DNA from: Candidatus Endomicrobiellum trichonymphae
GTDB taxonomy: Bacteria > Elusimicrobiota > Elusimicrobia > UBA1565 > UBA9628
Direction of reading: 5' to 3'
DNA length: 32,232 bases
Assembly (NCBI GenBank): GCA_943372155.1
Contig: CALRXP010000003.1
Coordinates: 1-32,232 of the forward strand
The position numbers and the translations under genes are program-made. Positions 29,003 to 32,232 of the stretch are shown piece after piece. The notes under the pieces are model-generated. The model was not told the origin of the DNA. It ran no database searches and saw only the letters and a program-made list of their open reading frames with translations. Each line of letters begins with the position of its first letter. The stretch's first letter is position 1.

Positions 29003-29040
29003 CCTAGACGGGCCGCGCGAGACCTGTTATATACCAACGA

Positions 29041-29898
29041 ATGCCCACCGTTCCCTGCCCCGGCTGCCAAAAGGACCTCACCCTCGATCAGGAGGTCTGC
29101 CAGCACTGCCGACGCCCCCGGGATGAATTCGAGATCGAGGAAGGCCGCGAGCGCGTGCGCCAGGCGGCGCTGCGCCGTCAGGAACGCCCCCGCCGTATGC
29201 TTCGGGTCGCCGTGTTGATCCTCACGCTCGGCGGCGCCGCCTTCGCGGGCTGGACCCAGCGGGCGCAATTGGTGTCGCGCGTCCAAAAGGCGAAAATGGA
29301 TTTCGCCGCGGAGGTCGAACGGACCCGTAATTTGAACGGCCGCGATCCCGGCGCGGTCGTCGGCCCGGCCGAGGGGCTCGCCTCCTCGAAACCCGCGGTC
29401 ACGGCGTCATCGGCCGTCGCCCTGGGGACCGCCCCCGCGTCCGCCGCCGCGACGACGCCGGCTCCTCCCGCGCCCGTGCCCGACGTCGTCGCCGCGACGC
29501 CCCCCTCTCCGCCATCGAGCACGAGCGAACGGCGCCTGTACGGGATCGTCTATGATCTCGTCACCAAGAAGCCGATCAAATCCGCCGTGGTCCATTTCGA
29601 GAACAACTCGGGGATGCATTGGCAAACGACGACCGACGCGCTGGGGCAGTACCAGCTCGACATCTACCGGCACTTCTCTCCCTCCGTGCTCACGACGCGC
29701 GTGAGCGCGCCCGGGTACCGCAACGGCCACATCGAGGACCAATTCACGGGGTTCTATGAACAGTCCGAAAAAACCCGCCTGCGCCTAGCGGCGGAAATCA
29801 CCGACGACGAGCTGGAACCGGTGCCGTTTGATTTCGTCGAGTCAGCGGACGTATTGGAACGCAATCTCGTGCTGGTTCCGGAGAAGAAGCGCAAGTAA
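29041..29898 (+). CDS. Zinc-ribbon / TM / Pro-rich / carboxypeptidase-regulatory-like domain protein, paralog 1
   Basis: 285 aa: CPGC-x10-CQHC, a basic stretch then TM, a Pro/Ala linker, and LYGIVYDLVTKKPI..A...TTDALGQY...APGYRNG. Confidence 0.8.
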   Translation: MPTVPCPGCQKDLTLDQEVCQHCRRPRDEFEIEEGRERVRQAALRRQERPRRMLRVAVLILTLGGAAFAGWTQRAQLVSRVQKAKMDFAAEVERTRNLNGRDPGAVVGPAEGLASSKPAVTASSAVALGTAPASAAATTPAPPAPVPDVVAATPPSPPSSTSERRLYGIVYDLVTKKPIKSAVVHFENNSGMHWQTTTDALGQYQLDIYRHFSPSVLTTRVSAPGYRNGHIEDQFTGFYEQSEKTRLRLAAEITDDELEPVPFDFVESADVLERNLVLVPEKKRK

Positions 29899-29901
29899 GC
29901 C

Positions 29902-30834
29902 ATGGAGACGCCTCCCTGTCGTTGGTGCGGCATGCGGTTCCCTCCCGAGGAGGCCGCGTGCCCTTATTGCCGGACTCCGAGACAGGATGCGGAGGCCGAG
30001 CCGCTGTCGCCGCTCGAGAGCCCGGTCGACGCGGCACCGATCATGCCGGCCCCGAGCCTGGGGCCTTATCTCATGAAGGCCGGGGCGGCCTTCATCGGCT
30101 TCCTCGCTTTGGCCTGGTGCCTCCACCGACTTTTCCCGGCCACGCTGGAGTCGAGCTGGACCGACTTTCAAAATGAGGTCGAGCGCACAAGAGACCCTCA
30201 CCCACGCGCCGCGACCGCGAGCACCGAGGTCACGACCTCCTCGTACGTGTACCTCTCAGGCTCTCCTCCGCCGACGGTGCTGTCGACGTCGTTCACGCCT
30301 CGAGCGGAGCCGCCCCCCGCCGCGCGCGCGCCCTTGGCCCCGCCTCTGCCTCCAGCAGACCGACCCGCTCCCGCGGGTTCGCCCGCGACCGACGCCGCTC
30401 CCATGACGGTCAAACCCATCGCCGAAGCGGCCCCCGCGCCGCCCCTTCCCGACCCTTCCTTCTTTCGCGTGTACGGCGTGGTTTACGACCTAGCGACCCT
30501 CCGGCCCATCGCCGGCGCGCATCTCGTGTTCAGGACCGAGCGTTTCACGGTCGCCGCCGGTGTGACGGACGAGGCGGGGCACTATCGGGTCGACCTCTCG
30601 AAAGGCAATAATAGCGGGGAAGTGACGGTTTCGATCCACGACGGGGTTCCGGGCTACCGAAACGGCCTGTTCGAGGACAAGGATCCGCCGCTGAGGGAGC
30701 GCCCGAAGGACGCGCGCCTCATGATCATGAGCGAGACGACCGACAGCGACCTCGAGCCGGTGCCCTTACGCTACAAGCAAAGCGACGAGGTCATCCCGCT
30801 CGACCTCGTCCTCATCCCCCTGGCGAAAAAATAG
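29902..30834 (+). CDS. Zinc-ribbon / TM / Pro-rich / carboxypeptidase-regulatory-like domain protein, paralog 2
   Basis: 310 aa: CRWC-x10-CPYC, TM, Pro-rich linker, and VYGVVYDLATLRPIAGA...VTDEAGHY...VPGYRNG. Confidence 0.8.
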   Translation: METPPCRWCGMRFPPEEAACPYCRTPRQDAEAEPLSPLESPVDAAPIMPAPSLGPYLMKAGAAFIGFLALAWCLHRLFPATLESSWTDFQNEVERTRDPHPRAATASTEVTTSSYVYLSGSPPPTVLSTSFTPRAEPPPAARAPLAPPLPPADRPAPAGSPATDAAPMTVKPIAEAAPAPPLPDPSFFRVYGVVYDLATLRPIAGAHLVFRTERFTVAAGVTDEAGHYRVDLSKGNNSGEVTVSIHDGVPGYRNGLFEDKDPPLRERPKDARLMIMSETTDSDLEPVPLRYKQSDEVIPLDLVLIPLAKK

Positions 30835-30835
30835 C

Positions 30836-31720
30836 ATGCCTGAATTCGACTCCCTGCCGTGCCCCGGCTGCCACACCCCGCTCCCCCCTGAAGCGACGGG
30901 CTGTCAGGTGTGCATGCGCGCGCGCACCAAGCAGGAGATCGTTCGCGGCTACGCCAAGCTCCGCGACGACAAAGCGCGGCGTCGAAGGCGGCCGTTCCAG
31001 ATTCTGGCGGTCCTCATCGCCCTCGGCGCGCTCGGCAAGATCTACCTGGTGTACGGGGATAAAATCCGCACGGTCACGGGCAAGGTCGCCCGTGCCGTCG
31101 GCCGCCGTATCGACGACATGCGTGACCCGAAGAATTATGCCGGTAAGCCCGAGGACGCGCCGCCGCCTAATTCCAATCCCGCGGATGCCAAGCCGGCGGC
31201 CGCTCCTGGCGCCCCGGTCCCGCCGGAGTCCGCCCTGCGAAACCAGCTTTTCCCTCCGGACTCCCCCGCCCCCTCGCCGCAACCCGCCGCGGTTCCAACG
31301 CCGCCGCCTGCGAGCGGCTCCGGCCCGCAGCCGCTCGACAAGAACGCCTGGCGAGTCTCCGGAATCGTGTACGACCTCGCGACCCTCGATCCCATATCGG
31401 GGGCCGAAATCACTTTTCTTTACAAAGATCGCTCGCCTGTGACCGTCAAAACGGACGAGACCGGCGCTTATGAAGCGGATCTTCCAAAGGGCGAAGGCTG
31501 GAACGTGAACGTGAAGGCGCCGGGCCACCGACGCGGCGGCCTGCTCGATATCGACCCGCCCTACAACGTGCGCGACGCCGACGAGCGCCGGGCCACCCTC
31601 GAGCACATCACCGATGGAGACCTCGCGCCTTCCCAGGTCGGCTGGAAGACGTCGAAATCGAGAGTCAAGCTCGACCTGATCGCGGTCCCGCAACGCTGGA
31701 GCGACCCGCCTCAACGCTGA
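30836..31720 (+). CDS. Zinc-ribbon / TM / Pro-rich / carboxypeptidase-regulatory-like domain protein, paralog 3
   Basis: 294 aa: CPGC-x10-CQVC, RRRRR then TM, Pro-rich linker, and VSGIVYDLATLDPISGA...KTDETGAY...APGHRRG. Confidence 0.8.
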   Translation: MPEFDSLPCPGCHTPLPPEATGCQVCMRARTKQEIVRGYAKLRDDKARRRRRPFQILAVLIALGALGKIYLVYGDKIRTVTGKVARAVGRRIDDMRDPKNYAGKPEDAPPPNSNPADAKPAAAPGAPVPPESALRNQLFPPDSPAPSPQPAAVPTPPPASGSGPQPLDKNAWRVSGIVYDLATLDPISGAEITFLYKDRSPVTVKTDETGAYEADLPKGEGWNVNVKAPGHRRGGLLDIDPPYNVRDADERRATLEHITDGDLAPSQVGWKTSKSRVKLDLIAVPQRWSDPPQR

Positions 31721-31752
31721 CGCCCCCGCGCGGGATTTGGTAGTTTCTCCCG

Positions 31753-32232
31753 ATGTCCAAGCTCCTGTTGCTGGCGCTATTCGCCTGCGCCCCTCTCTCC
31801 GCGATCGCCCAGACGACGGTCGACGCCCCCGCGTCGACGGCTACGTTCCGCGGCGTCCACTTCACCGGCTGGGCCGCAGGCTCGACTAAATCGCGCCGGC
31901 GCTTCCTCGCCGATATGAAGGGCGCCGGCTTCAACGCCGTCGTCATCGCCTTGAAGGATTACGACGGACATGAATTCGTGCGCGACGTTCCCCTCGCGAT
32001 GAAGACGGGTGCGTTCACGAACGCGATCCCGGACCTGCCGCTGGCCGTCAAGGATTTCAAGGATGCCGGGATTTACACGGTCGCGCGCATCGCGATCTTT
32101 AAAGACGACCACCTGGCCCGAGCCCGCCCCGACCTCGCGGTGCATTTCCCCGACGGGCGCATCTGGACCAATGACAAAGGCACCGCCTGGACCGACCCTT
32201 ATCAGAAGGAGGTGTGGAACTACGTGATCGAC
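31753..32232 (+). CDS. Exported putative glycoside hydrolase (DUF4015-like), 3' end beyond the window
   Basis: Not in the ORF track; translated by hand: signal peptide MSKLLLLALFACAPLSAIA, then RGVHFTGWAAG...NAVVIALKDYDG...GIYTVARIAIFKD...WTDPYQKEVWNYVID. Confidence 0.85.
   Translation, partial: MSKLLLLALFACAPLSAIAQTTVDAPASTATFRGVHFTGWAAGSTKSRRRFLADMKGAGFNAVVIALKDYDGHEFVRDVPLAMKTGAFTNAIPDLPLAVKDFKDAGIYTVARIAIFKDDHLARARPDLAVHFPDGRIWTNDKGTAWTDPYQKEVWNYVID

Noticed and set aside
29340-31330. Low-complexity CCG/GCC-rich tracts as tandem repeats or a CRISPR-like array
   Set aside because: They encode Pro/Ala linkers inside ORFs, with no fixed-length repeat-spacer periodicity and no cas genes.
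29041-31720. Paralog trio as a recent duplication, assembly artefact or split pseudogene
   Set aside because: The copies are highly diverged outside short motifs, and each has a complete start-to-stop architecture.

Overview
A high-GC bacterial chromosomal segment, probably from a diderm (lipoprotein and exported proteins are present). The lineage cannot be fixed from the sequence. It is densely coding, with 38 supported CDS and no rRNA, tRNA, CRISPR array or mobile element. Main blocks: (i) a DUF808/YedI gene (partial), a six-hairpin glycosidase-like gene, an exported hypothetical and pruA; (ii) an orphan Pycsar-effector-like (DUF5706/PycTM) membrane gene; (iii) a minus-strand stress block, TetR-SDR-HtrA-trxA, followed by a translationally coupled ECF sigma / zf-HC2 anti-sigma / DUF1295 / methyltransferase / DUF1365 / DUF2878 / FAD oxidoreductase / Cfa-like / SnoaL-lipoprotein operon resembling the furan fatty acid (ufaM/ufaD/ufaO) gene set; (iv) an FkbM methyltransferase, a hypothetical and a C39-like peptidase; (v) a 13-gene, 11.4-kb sufBCDSU-sufT-rrf2-nfu-PHP-GDPD-nadA-YyaL-like-FIST operon headed by an IscR type-1-like palindrome; (vi) divergent from it, three tandem paralogous membrane proteins (zinc ribbon, TM helix, Pro-rich linker, carboxypeptidase-regulatory-like domain with a shared insertion), then a DUF4015 putative glycoside hydrolase (partial). 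The paralog trio is the best candidate for an undescribed system. Most transcription-unit heads have a -10 hexamer 6-9 nt before the start codon and no Shine-Dalgarno, suggesting pervasive leaderless transcription. All family calls are by motif recognition, without database searches.
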